DNA of 63,960 bases, filler included, from Atractiella rhizophila (Eukaryota): the NCBI GenBank assembly GCA_021432655.1. It is 4 parts of 4 records of this genome, joined end to end, with 100 filler letters (N's around TTAATTAATTAA, not from the genome) between each part and the next. Parts side by side here need not be neighbours in the genome. Positions count along the whole stretch, not along the records: positions 53,540 to 63,960 come from MU271873.1; 3 more parts are not named here. One strand, given 5' to 3'. The translations under genes were made by a program, and so were the position numbers. Below the pieces are notes generated by a model. It made no database searches. It worked only from the letters and a program-made list of their open reading frames with translations, and was not told the DNA's origin. Of this stretch, positions 53,540 through 63,960 are shown piece after piece (the stretch's first letter is position 1; every line of letters begins with the position of its first letter).

Positions 53540-54173
53540 AAGTCTCCTCTGTTGTCTGACCATCCACTACCACTGGTTTACGGGAACGAGCAGCCTCCAC
53601 AATTCTTGACAGATAGTGTTGGGCTACCTTCCAAGCCTTCTCTTCCGCCGACATTTGAGGCACGTCGCCAACTGTGAACTGGCCATCGGTAATGATACCT
53701 TTGGAGCGACCGTCCTCGGGGTCCCTGAAAACAGCAACGCCAGATTGGTAGCTGAAGGTTGGAAGGCCTATAGCACTGAAAATTTCTGTCAACACTAGTC
53801 CATAAGCTACCTCAAACAGAGGTCGAACATCAGTTACCAGAGAAAGTTTGCGGGCTTTGAGAGTCCTGTCGGTATATTGAAGAGCACCATCGATATGTTT
53901 GATAGCCTCAGGATTAATAACGCAGGGACACAACTCCGAAGTTAAATAATCGTGAAATCGCTGTCTCGCAATTTCCGTCAATTTGGGGCAATGGATCAAT
54001 TTCTGGGGAACTCCTGGGAATGGGAATGTGAGGGCATGGGGCTTTTTGTAAGGCGACCTTTCCGGTTGCCAAACAAGCTGTTGCTGAGATGCAGCCGACT
54101 GGTGGTTGAGTAGCCGTTTCGGGAGGCTCTTTATGTGCTCTGAAAGAAACTGACGAAGTTTCAATGAAGACAT
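53540..54173 (-). CDS. Hypothetical protein, 3' end cut by the linker
   Basis: ATG-initiated open frame of about 210 codons with globular composition and a possible TDG...AEEK motif. Confidence 0.5.
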
Positions 54174-54674
54174 TTTGGCCAGTTGTGACGCGTGGAAAGG
54201 TTGTAAAAGAAGCCTTATATCCTTTACAGTGAGACTCAGAGCTCGTTAACAGGGAAAGCTTACGCTTACCCTGAGCAGTGCACCTTCTGCGCAGGAGACT
54301 CTCGTTCGTGTGTTTACCACCCAGGGTCGCCACCGCTCTTCACGTTACCTTCAGTTTCAACTAGTCGTATTTCAACCAGTTGGAGAACTGGGACAACTCG
54401 GAGAGTTGAGGCATAGAGCCGTTTTAAATGTTTTAAATGGTCCTGGCGGTCCTAAGTCTTTTGTTCTTCTTGCCTGGTCCAAACAAAGGACAACGACTCT
54501 CACCAAGGCACTGGGACTTGAAGTGATAAGAATATTTTGACCGGAATAACCAAGGTGTGTGCTTATTATCTTCAGAAAAGAATGCACGGTTGCATTGAGG
54601 TCTCGCTAATTTTGTCTTTGTTTTGTGACGGAGTTTCCCTATTCGCTGGCACTCAGCATTGCTCTACTTAAATC

Positions 54675-55864
54675 TAGGGATGGCTATCGAATCGTATCGT
54701 ATCGGACAGGCCCTGGTCGATTCGTGGCGGCTTATAAGCCGTAGTCGTATCGTATCGGTAGTCGTAGCTCAAAATCAGCTTCGTTCGATATAGCCTCCGA
54801 TACGATTTCGGCGTCGTAGGTCGATCGGCAGTACGGGTTGCTGGAAGGTGACTGACGACGATTCTCTTTTAATAGACAGTAATTGCCTGTGTAAATTGCA
54901 TTATGAAATGAAATACAAGATGGTTATAAAATTCAGCTCTGTGATTCGGCCAGAACCTGCATCTCATGCATCTTTTCAGCTTCTTCCAGCTTCCCCAGCA
55001 GCTCCATCCTCTCTCTTGTCCGATCTAACCTAAGCTTAGCCTTCGTAATGACCAGCAGACGAATAGTGGAGGGCTTTAAACGATGTCTTCGGATGCCGAT
55101 TGTGTCCCTTGCACCTGAAAATACCCGTTCCACATCAACAGCGCACCCTTTGAAGTTATCAAATCTAAACATAGTAGAGGAGAGGCAGAGGACAAACTAG
55201 GGATGGAGAGTATGTCTCTTGCCATCCGAGACCATGCGGGCAGCGAGGCAGTCGATTGAAACTTGTACAATTCGAAGATATGACCGAAGCGGGGAGTTGT
55301 GGCTGCTTCATGTAATGATCGACTTCTTGCATGGCTTCGAACTCCCCTTATCTTTTGGTGTCTGTGTGCAATGTCAATCAACAAGCGTCCATTGTAAGGA
55401 GAGAAGACCCACTCAGACTCCTCATCCTTTCGCTTCTTGGACTGGCTAAGTGCAGTCCCATCCTATCCTCGTTGTTCCTCTTCGCAATATCCACTGAAGT
55501 CCTTGACCTTTTTCCTAGCCCCAGAATGTCCAGTGTTGCCATGGTGGCGCGACATCAACGGGGAGAAGATAGTGAGGATTTATATGCTGGCTGCGGACAG
55601 CAGCCATGCGGCTTAGGACTGTAAGCACATGCAGCTGAGAGTGATGTGAACAGCTTACTATTAGTGCCGTTCCCCCAAAAACGTGCACATGGAATCGTGT
55701 ATCGTATCGTAGTCGTAAAATCCACACGCTGGCGATTCGATACGCCTTGGGAGCCGTACTCGTATCGAATCGTAAGTCGTGGTCCTTTTTTGTCTTCGAT
55801 CGATACACGACTGGCCATCGGACCCGGCGTAGCTGGTACGATTCGACTCCGATAGCCATCCCTA
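54675..55864. mobile_element. Non-autonomous (internally deleted) hAT DNA transposon, 1190 bp
   Basis: Perfect 15-bp TIRs TAGGGATGGCTATCG; 8-bp TSD CTTAAATC at 54667-54674 and 55865-55872; TCGTA/ATCG subterminal repeats; a transposase C-terminal remnant inside. Confidence 0.95.
54933..55270 (-). pseudogene. hAT transposase C-terminal dimerisation domain remnant (with intron)
   Basis: LPAWSRMARDILSIP|..AVDVERVFSGARDTIGIRRHRLKPSTIRLL. Confidence 0.88.
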
Positions 55865-56359
55865 CTTAAATCTGCCATCCTGTTTCCTGTTCTGTTGTCC
55901 GGATGTTTCCTGTACGGAATATCAATGATCGTCAAGCTACCCAGCTGCGAGCTTCATTAATCTATCAACGGAAGGAGTGTGTGGACATGAATTCAAGAGA
56001 CCATGACTGCCCTCCTTAACTAACCTCCAACAAAAGAGGACATGTCAACAGTGCATAGTTTTATGCATGCTTGCTCGGGTTGTCGATGCCAGCAATGTTC
56101 TTTACTGATAGGTGATGTGGCCATGAATTATCGAATCTTGGGGCCACCAAGCATATTAGGCAATTTGGGCTGTTGAATCAGCAATGATGCACATCGAGCA
56201 TACTTATAAGTCCAGACTAGCAGTGAAGTGCACATGTTTGGCACGGCATCCGGAACGCAATGCAAATAGAACAAACAGGTGACATCCACAGATCTCCAAC
56301 ACTGAGCAAAGACGGTCTTGCTCCGCCAAAGTCCTGATGGCATTTGTGAAACGAAGACC

Positions 56360-56598
56360 GTTGCAAACTCACATTTGGGTTCACCTCGTGAGTTTGCAGT
56401 CTCGAGAGTTTGCTCTCTCGCTGTCTTGCGAGTTGGCCGTCTCGCAGGTTTGTGTCTCGCGAGTTTGCTGTCTCGCAAGTTGGCTGTCAGGCGGGTTTGC
56501 TGTCTCACAAGTTTGTTGCTGTCTCACAAGTTTACAAACTAACGTTTGGGTTCACCTCACGAGTTTGCTGTCTTGCAAGTTTGTTCTCTCACGAGTCT
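56360..56598. repeat. Degenerate ~16-bp minisatellite (consensus about GAGTTTGCTGTCTCGC) with a higher-order duplicated CAAACT..TTTGGGTTCACCTC header
   Basis: About ten imperfect units are visible; the header occurs near 56364 and 56535. Confidence 0.75.
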
Positions 56599-57186
56599 AG
56601 TGAAGTTGGTGCCCTCACGATGAACCTCATATATTTCGGTGAGTTCGTGTTAGGGCTAATCCCGTCCTTGTGAACCAAATTGGCCATCGTGTCTGACTGA
56701 TGGGACTCAACGGTGCGTTCCATCCCATCAGGTTAGTTCCCTCAGTCGGAGCCTCACGACTGGGCTGACAGGACTCACCCTGGCCCTGACCCTAACTCCG
56801 TTCCCCAGCCAAATTTGACTGACGGAACAGTTCCATTGCAAAGGAATAGTACTACTGTAGGAATAGTAGTAGGAGTAGTGTTTATGAGTACATGAGATGT
56901 TGACTGGATTGGTGTTGTTATCTGAGGCAAGGCTCCACCCTGGTTGACTGAGAGGAAACATTTTGGTTAGGATGCTGTTTTTATTGGAGGCAGGGTTGTA
57001 CCCTGGGCACCTAGGAGGCATGGATGTAGCCAGGATCCTCTTCCTGACAGAGGCAGAGATGAATCCTAAAGTACCTTTAGGAGTGTTTGGTCTTTGGTTG
57101 CGTTGGACCTCCACTCTGTTGGTTTTGCCCTCCTGTCAATGTTTGTCTGGGCTCTATTCATAACCCAAACCTTTCCCCTCCCCAGT

Positions 57187-58608
57187 CTACCAAACACCAC
57201 CTGACCTCCCCCTCAGTGTGTACACTCCTATCATCCTCCTTGCAGAGATGATTTCCTCCTCACTCCACTCTCCAAAGAATAAATGAACCTCAAGATGGCT
57301 CCCAATTGGCACTCCGTCAACCTGCATCCTAACTCCTCTCACCTGCCAATCCCCAAAGAACCAGTGGATAAACTCTGAAAAGTCAGGCGAAACCACCACA
57401 CAGTACCTGAGTGACATGGAATGTATGCTCCTTACATTTTTGAGGGTGCTGAAGAGCTTGGGGGGAACAAGGTTCGAAGTTTCTTCGCCGCCGTCAAGAT
57501 CCATCTGGGCAAGGTGTATGAGGTGTGAAAAGTCAAGCGGAGTGTGTAGGATGGAAGTGCTTCCATCAGTGGAGAAGGGGACAAGCTCAATTTTGAGACT
57601 TTCCAGAAGAGGCGGTAGAGGGTATTCTGAGATGGAGGAAGGGAGGGGACACAGATTGGAGAGATGCAAAACACGGAGAGTGTGTGGAAGGTTGAGTGAT
57701 GGGAGAGGCGGGTACTTTTGAAGGCTCAGGCGTTCGAGGCCATGAGGTAATTGAAGGGTGGATGATGCGGAAGATGCAGAGTCTTCCACGTCCCAAACAT
57801 CAAGACCTTTAATCCTCCCACACATGCGGCGCACAAAGTTCTCAACCTCCTCCCTCCTCCACTTTCTTGAATCCTCACCTGTAAAGGCCACGTCATCCAG
57901 CCGTTTCAAGCCTTCAATCGCACGCAACACAATCCTCGCCTTCTTTTCATCCGAAAAGGCATCCATCCTCACTTCTGTGACATTCGGCGAACCCGCGATG
58001 ACGTCGTTCACTATCTCAACACGGACACGTTCATTAAAATGCAGTTGTCTCCAAAGCCGTCCGGCCCCAGGAGAGAGCTTCAAGCGAGTGTAACCTTCGT
58101 CCACCGAGATAAATTCATCCCAGTAAGCAACTGAATGAACCCTCCAGAGTCGACAGACAAGGAAGAGGGTTCGAGCGGAGTAAGTTCCAACAAAGCCGAA
58201 TATGAGAAGGAGGAGTTCAACAGGCAGGCATGAAATTGAACACGGAGAAGCGCCTGAAGGTGGGGAGACTGAGAGTTGTACAATGCTCACCTCGTAGTCC
58301 GGGCGGAATGGGAGGTATGGCCTTTCGTCAGGGATGAAGCGACCCTCCCCTGAAGAGTATACTGCTATGGGGGCAAAGATGGCACTTCCTGGACGTAGAA
58401 GAAACGTGCGAGGATAGCGATATCCAAATGGATCGAATGAGTTGACATCTCCTTGGAGATCTACTATGAGATCATTTTCGGCAGCGGACGCAGTAAAGGT
58501 CGCCTGGACATATTCGGGATTGATGGTGATACCAAGATTGATTACCTCATCGACGCCGACAGCATTTTCAAAACAATCAAGTGATAGATTTGACAATTTC
58601 GAGGACAT
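57187..58608 (-). CDS. F-box + LRR-like protein of a lineage-expanded family; possibly prematurely terminated
   Basis: ISCLPVELLLLIF...LFLVCRLWR F-box, followed by repeated LERLSL/LRVLHL/LESLKI segments. Confidence 0.75.
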   Translation of the reverse strand: MSSKLSNLSLDCFENAVGVDEVINLGITINPEYVQATFTASAAENDLIVDLQGDVNSFDPFGYRYPRTFLLRPGSAIFAPIAVYSSGEGRFIPDERPYLPFRPDYEVSIVQLSVSPPSGASPCSISCLPVELLLLIFGFVGTYSARTLFLVCRLWRVHSVAYWDEFISVDEGYTRLKLSPGAGRLWRQLHFNERVRVEIVNDVIAGSPNVTEVRMDAFSDEKKARIVLRAIEGLKRLDDVAFTGEDSRKWRREEVENFVRRMCGRIKGLDVWDVEDSASSASSTLQLPHGLERLSLQKYPPLPSLNLPHTLRVLHLSNLCPLPSSISEYPLPPLLESLKIELVPFSTDGSTSILHTPLDFSHLIHLAQMDLDGGEETSNLVPPKLFSTLKNVRSIHSMSLRYCVVVSPDFSEFIHWFFGDWQVRGVRMQVDGVPIGSHLEVHLFFGEWSEEEIISARRMIGVYTLRGRSGGVW

Positions 58609-61209
58609 TTTGCTAGGCTTCCAATCTCTCGTCAATTGACAAGATAAGAGAACAGAGATCCGGAGGGTGCGGGTGGATGGAGGTAAGCGAGAAAGGAAAG
58701 AGGGTTGAATGGAGAGGTAGATCGAAGCTGTCGAAGCGTTGGCATATGGGAATGGGGTGACGAAATTGACCAGTGCTATCGAGTTTGGTTTCTGACAGCC
58801 GTGGCATACGCTAGATGTTTGTTGCTGCTTCATCTCTTGAGAAGGCACAGCAGACTAGAGCCCATAACCCCGTTAAGTGAACAGAAAGTCAAAGGGGGAG
58901 ATGAAATCATGCCTGAGTAGATTCATCATCAGTGGGCTCTATACCTCTCCTAACTGTTCTCATCTTGACACCATCGAAATTGCACCCAAGATTTGTCGAT
59001 GAAGATGAACCAAGGTCCAGAATGTGAGCTCGTGAGACTACCTAGATGACCAGAAACTGTTCGTGGGAGAATCAAGGAGAATGGTGAGATCCTTTCGTTG
59101 CTAGAGGATAAACGCTGTATGGCTGTTATCATGCGGAAAACTCGGACGTCGAGGAGGATGACGAAGGTTGTCACAGTGCGGGCAAAGAATTAACCCTCTG
59201 TGAATGAATGCAGAGGCGCAAGCGGAGGATGCGAGGGACAGACGGGAATCTGGCTGTCTGCAACAAGTTGGAATCAATATCAGTGATGTTTGAAAAGAAG
59301 GGTCAGTACCCACATATTTCCCACATTGCAAAAGATTAGTCACCTTAGTGAAATATTGTTGTGGATGGTAGGAACGCGATGTGAGAGCCGCTCCCGTTCC
59401 CCTTGACAGATAGATTGGCTTTTTCGGATGACAAAAAGGTCAGATGACGTAGTTGAGAGACTCTGAGTCGTTCGTCAGGCTAGAAATATGCCTGGAGGGA
59501 ACGACAATTTGGGCTTTGGTCCTGAGAGAAGTGTGTGCGCGGGATATTAGAACCTAAATCACTCACCCATGACATCCAGCAAAAGATTCTCCAACTCTGC
59601 CCCTTTCTCGCCTTCCGTTTCCACGTCAGCCGCTCTACCGATCGCCATTTCTCCAATTGTATCCCCCATCGCTTTCGCCGTGCTTCCTCGGCCACACTCA
59701 CCGTCTTGCATTCGCGACCGAAGTATAAGCCAAGATGAAGACTCCCCATTCGTCACTCTCCTTCCCACACTTCCCACTTATTGCGGCCTCAGAGGGCGAT
59801 AGAGAGGAAGAAGGTCGTTGTTCGATCCAGTCTCTTCATTCTTCCTCGCCTCAGGTCAGGGAGCCACGCGGTCCTTCGAAGGGAGCAAGGTATAGCTTCT
59901 CCACTGACAGTGTGCGCGGCCATTGCAAAGTACCAAACGCAGCGTGGCAGGGGATCGCTGCATTTTGATGGGATTGTTGGTGCGCGGGACTGAGTAGTGT
60001 GTGCTGATGTATATCGATATGTGAGTAACGCTTGAACCTTGTGCGGTAGCAGAAACTGTAAGGAGTGCCTCTGTTCGAATCGCCTTCGGATGATCAGCTT
60101 ACCGAGAGTCTGAGTCCAGCAGCCGTCCGTCGTCAATCTCTGCTTGTCTAACCAAAGGAACGTGTAGGACCCGTGGTTTCGTCTTTTCATACTCTCACGT
60201 CATGACAGAAGTAAATATTCTGCAGGAAGGCTGCCTTGCTTAAATAAGCGGCCGGCCGTCCCCCTTTGGATAAGTGGCAGAACTTTGACAATGTCGCGCG
60301 TCCTGCTTCCTGCTCCATCACAGGTAATCAGCGTTATGCTGAGGAAATAGTGAAAAAGAGGGAAGACGGACAGCATGGTCACTTAGCTTAACCTTCCCCA
60401 CTCCATCCCCATCTGTCATTACCAAATGCAACTGGAGAGCCATTCAATCCCTATCACATCACGCGGTAGTTGTCCTCATTCAGAGATGCAGCCCCAGCTC
60501 TCTACAAAGCCACCTCCAAGTCGACACCATTTCTGCTCGAGACTTTCCTCAATCCCTTTACATCCTTCTCTTCCTCCCATTCTTCAATCTCAGCTATCGC
60601 TCCAGATCTCCGTCACGTGCTTTTGCACCACTTCCAATCCATTCTCCTCCTTCTCCTCCACACGGGAATATTCAACACGCTGAAAAGATTAGAGACTGAG
60701 GAAGCGTCCTCGTTCCCCGAATATTCCAAGTGGTCCCTGAGAGGCGGCAAGGCGGAATTGGAGTGCTGAAGGGTGGAGGTCAAAGATGGCAATGGTCGCC
60801 AGAAGCGTTCCCGGCCAAAATGTCAACGCAGAAGAAGGGAGTGACGGGCAGAGCTTCGGCGAAAAAGACGGTTGAGAGGACGGAGGAAGGTCGTACGTGC
60901 CATTGTCCTCTAGATAGATCGTTGGATGGTTATGTAACATCCTGCAGGAGAAAGACATGTTCGGGACGTCTGCTGATGGTGCGTAAAAGCACTTATGGCG
61001 GAGAGCGGATGAAATCGAGTGGAGTGTGGTGAGAAGTCGAAGGGTAGTTTGTTCGCGATGTCCCTGATATGAAGGCGCCATTTGTGGGGGTAGTCCTTTC
61101 TGTGAAGCATGCCTGTCGCAAAAAAAATTAGCACAGCAGAGATATTTGACTGGTAGGATTGAGGGAGGATCAAGACCCAGGCCAGCAAGCAACGTTTTGA
61201 CCCTCAGAG

Positions 61210-61260
61210 GCAGGTTCAACGTGCAACGGTTCAACGGTTAAGTTCAACGTTCAACCCCTA
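61210..61260. mobile_element. Possible orphan hAT-like terminus
   Basis: Tandem (G)TTCAACG repeats ending in CCCCTA (TAGGGG on the minus strand); no partner end found. Confidence 0.3.
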
Positions 61261-61396
61261 AGTGCAGTCAGGAGTATCCCAACAACACAACCACTCCATC
61301 AAGACTTGCTCGTGAATGAGATGTTGCATGTATGTGTGAGCCCGTCTGCCTCGTAAGCTGTTTTGACCTGCCACAAAAGGGCTAGAACAATATCAG

Positions 61397-61844
61397 ATGA
61401 TTTTCAAACTATCCTTGACTGGAAAAATCCTCCACCTTTCGCAAGTTGGAGCTCTGGGAAGCCGCACTACAGTCTGGGATGGCTACTTGAAGGAGAATTA
61501 TACTGATCCCTCAGTATGGAGTTCTTTGACAAACCGGATGGAAATGTCAGGTTGTTGCCACACCGTTGTGCTGGGAAGTGGAAGAAAGAGAACATGTTTG
61601 TTTCTCCTCCATGGTTTATGCATGGCCCACTCAGACAGACTTGATGTGCTGCAGGGAAGGACCATTGGGAGGCTTTTACTTCCGCAGGGATGGTGTCTCG
61701 AGACCTGTGCTCACTATTGCGCTGAGCACCTCGAATAATTTGTTAAACAAAGCAATGGATGAAGCATATGTCGAACAAGCGAAGAGAGTGTTTGGGATAA
61801 AGGAAGACCCGAAATGGTATTGGGTTGGTGGAAGACACAACTAG
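61397..61844 (+). CDS. Small hypothetical protein fragment, spliced; 5' limit unknown
   Basis: The last exon ends VLTIALSTSN...AKRVFGIKEDPKWYW and is preceded by an intron-like acceptor. Confidence 0.35.
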
Positions 61845-63146
61845 TCCCTGAGTATACCTGATGTAGAGAGGAATAAAATCAATGTGGTCGACTCACGAAT
61901 GAGATGCCATTCAAGTTATAGAAGACAGGTACATGAGTGGAACTGTCTAGTCTAAATGAAGACAGAGTGATATGAGCACTGAAGTTGAGGCACCATCTTC
62001 TCCACGATTCTCCTAACCAACCGAGGTGCGCTGTCATTATATATGGTATTGGTGTGGCAAGTCTGCAATGCCATGACTTCTTCGATCCACATGGTGGATG
62101 GATGAATGTCGATCACCGAAAATGTGCCATGGAGCGGCGAGAACGTGTTCCCAAATGGACGGCACGTAAACGCCAATTTGTAGTGGAATGTGGACGGTAG
62201 CACGTCGAATGTCAAGGCTAGGATTTCTCTGTTCTTCCTCCGGCTCTTAGGGATCAAATTCCCTGCTTGAAGCCTCCCGCCGTTGATCCTCCTCTACTTT
62301 CTATACTTCGTTCTTGCGGGGAAATAGCGAGAAGTAGCTGAAAAGTAGGTAGATGTTTAGAGAGAGAATGGGACAATAAAGGAGATGACAGGTGGGTTTC
62401 TTCCAAGGAGGCGTGACGTCGATGCGGTGCGAGAAGGAGAAACAGTTTATTGAAAGTATCACCGCACCTGCATCTCCTTCGTTCCAACTTTTCAATACTC
62501 CATATCTTGATACTGTCGAGACTTCCGCCATGCAGTGTTGACACATAGTCAGAAGGATTGTTGCATCCAGACAATCACGTACTATCCCCTAGAAGGACTT
62601 TGTCACCAATCAGTTCAAAATTCCTTTTCTTGAGATGGACAACCCACCATGGCGACCATTTTTCAGTTTTAAACGAGGGAAAATTTCGTGCAAGTGAGCT
62701 TTAGAAATGTTGGAGCCGATGAGGATTAGTTCGGACCATCCCATCGTTGGCTCTGCACGGCCCACATTGTCCTTTCGATGAAGAGAAGCCTGTTAGGTTT
62801 GTGCACAAGCGTTCGTGCTTTGTTCGCAGGTGCAAGTCGATACGGATCCATTTGTGCATCATGCTCCCGCTCATCGCCCCCCTGTTTCTCGACAGCTTCT
62901 ACTGGATCAACGTCGCCCGCAGAAGAGGCCAGTGAGAACATGGCATTCCCAAAGTAGGTTCTTGTGAGGCATTTCCAGCTCCAGAATTCCCAGCTGCTGC
63001 GATGAGGAGAACTTCATCCTGAGATTATGAGACACGTATAGAGTGTTTGAGAACAAGCAGAGCCTCAACTTGTGCTCGAGCAGATTCCATTTTTCGTCTG
63101 TGGCTTCGAACGAAGTTTTGAATTGACCCGGATCTCGTTGGTGGTT

Positions 63147-63960
63147 TCAATCTCTACAAGAAGCGGCACCACAAGAGAAATGATGCGAAATTTTTGGTCG
63201 TCCCACGTCTCGGTGATGTTCCTCGATCTGTTCTTCTCGAGCCCTCTTCCTGCTCATTTCGATAGGGAGCTCGCCTTCTCCATCTTCCGAAGAGCTACCG
63301 TCCAAACCTTGCGCTTCCAAAAGCGCACGAGAAGGCTTTCGTTCCCGCTTGGACTTGCGGACCTCGCCGCCATTGAAGAGTACCCCTCCACCACCTCTAC
63401 CGCCTTCAGAGCGACTCCTCACACGTCCCAGCATCCGCCGCAGTTCCTCATCTGCAAAACGCAGACGAAGGGCTTTTGTCCCTTCCTTGGGAAGCGAGGA
63501 GTGGTGTTCCAAACATGTGATGCGAGCCAAGGATCGGTGGATGACTTGAGAAAGGTAGTACATCCCTTGGCACCATGAGCATAGATACTCCCCATCCGCT
63601 ACATCCTGAGAGTCGACGTCCTCTTCGATCTCAGGGAGTTCCTCTCGCAAGACGTTGCGGCGTCCGACCTCTCGGTCAACCATCTCACGGTATGCTGGGA
63701 GGAGCCTACATCCGAGTTAATTCGTGGTTACGGCAGAAAGAAAACACTCACCATTTCGATGTGCCTGCCATCTTGTCGTGTACGGAGATGGTAACCAATA
63801 ACTCGTCATGACAAAAGACAAGGGGCTTCGAAAATTCCTTATATGCCATCACACACTCCAGTCCTTTGTCGAGCCAGTCCGGAAGCCTGTACCATCGCCA
63901 TTCAGTGCAAAGTTGTCTGTTGGCGCTCGCCAGTTGGTCAAAGTTCAAACTTGAATATGC
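63147..63960 (-). CDS. 3' portion of a KDM5/JARID1 (Jhd2-like) JmjC demethylase gene; runs off the window
   Basis: Post-JmjC helix LPDWLDKGLECVMAYKEFSKPLVFCHDELL, an intron, then LLPAYREMVDRE and a C5HC2-like YLCSWCQGMYYLSQV...TCLEH...LRLRF. Confidence 0.75.

Noticed and set aside
56360..56598. CRISPR-like array
   Set aside because: The context is eukaryotic and the units are degenerate and contiguous, without unique spacers.
59480..60770. Short ORFs resembling gene fragments
   Set aside because: They are too degenerate to assign a frame or family.

Overview
Intron-rich fungal (basidiomycete-type, probably Pucciniomycotina; inferred) genomic DNA. The window is four pieces joined by artificial 100-bp linkers (44N-TTAATTAATTAA-44N at 17858-17957, 35651-35750, 53440-53539), so nothing can be inferred about synteny across the linkers. 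Piece 1 is gene-dense housekeeping sequence: an F-box protein, PRA1/YIP3, SLC1, ATX1, an Mso1-like gene, a CE1 esterase and a truncated BYE1. It also holds an 11-exon gene (3672-8720, 1497 aa by my splice model) in which glucosidase II alpha (GH31) is fused in frame, inside one exon, to glucosidase II beta (GTB1/PRKCSH, MRH domain, C-terminal KEEL). Piece 2 is accessory DNA dominated by diverged copies of an unknown co-oriented gene cassette: a [CxxC/SUKH-like + F-box] gene, then gene B, then gene A. It also carries a CAE...PCxxC deaminase-like gene and a ~290-bp structured repeat. Piece 3 has PSR1-like, PMS1, alpha-arrestin and lipase genes plus another B-A cassette copy with the same repeat. 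Piece 4 has an internally deleted hAT element with perfect TIRs and TSD, a minisatellite, a CpG-eroded F-box gene and the 3' end of a KDM5/JARID1-like gene. All homology calls come from recognised motifs; no searches were run.
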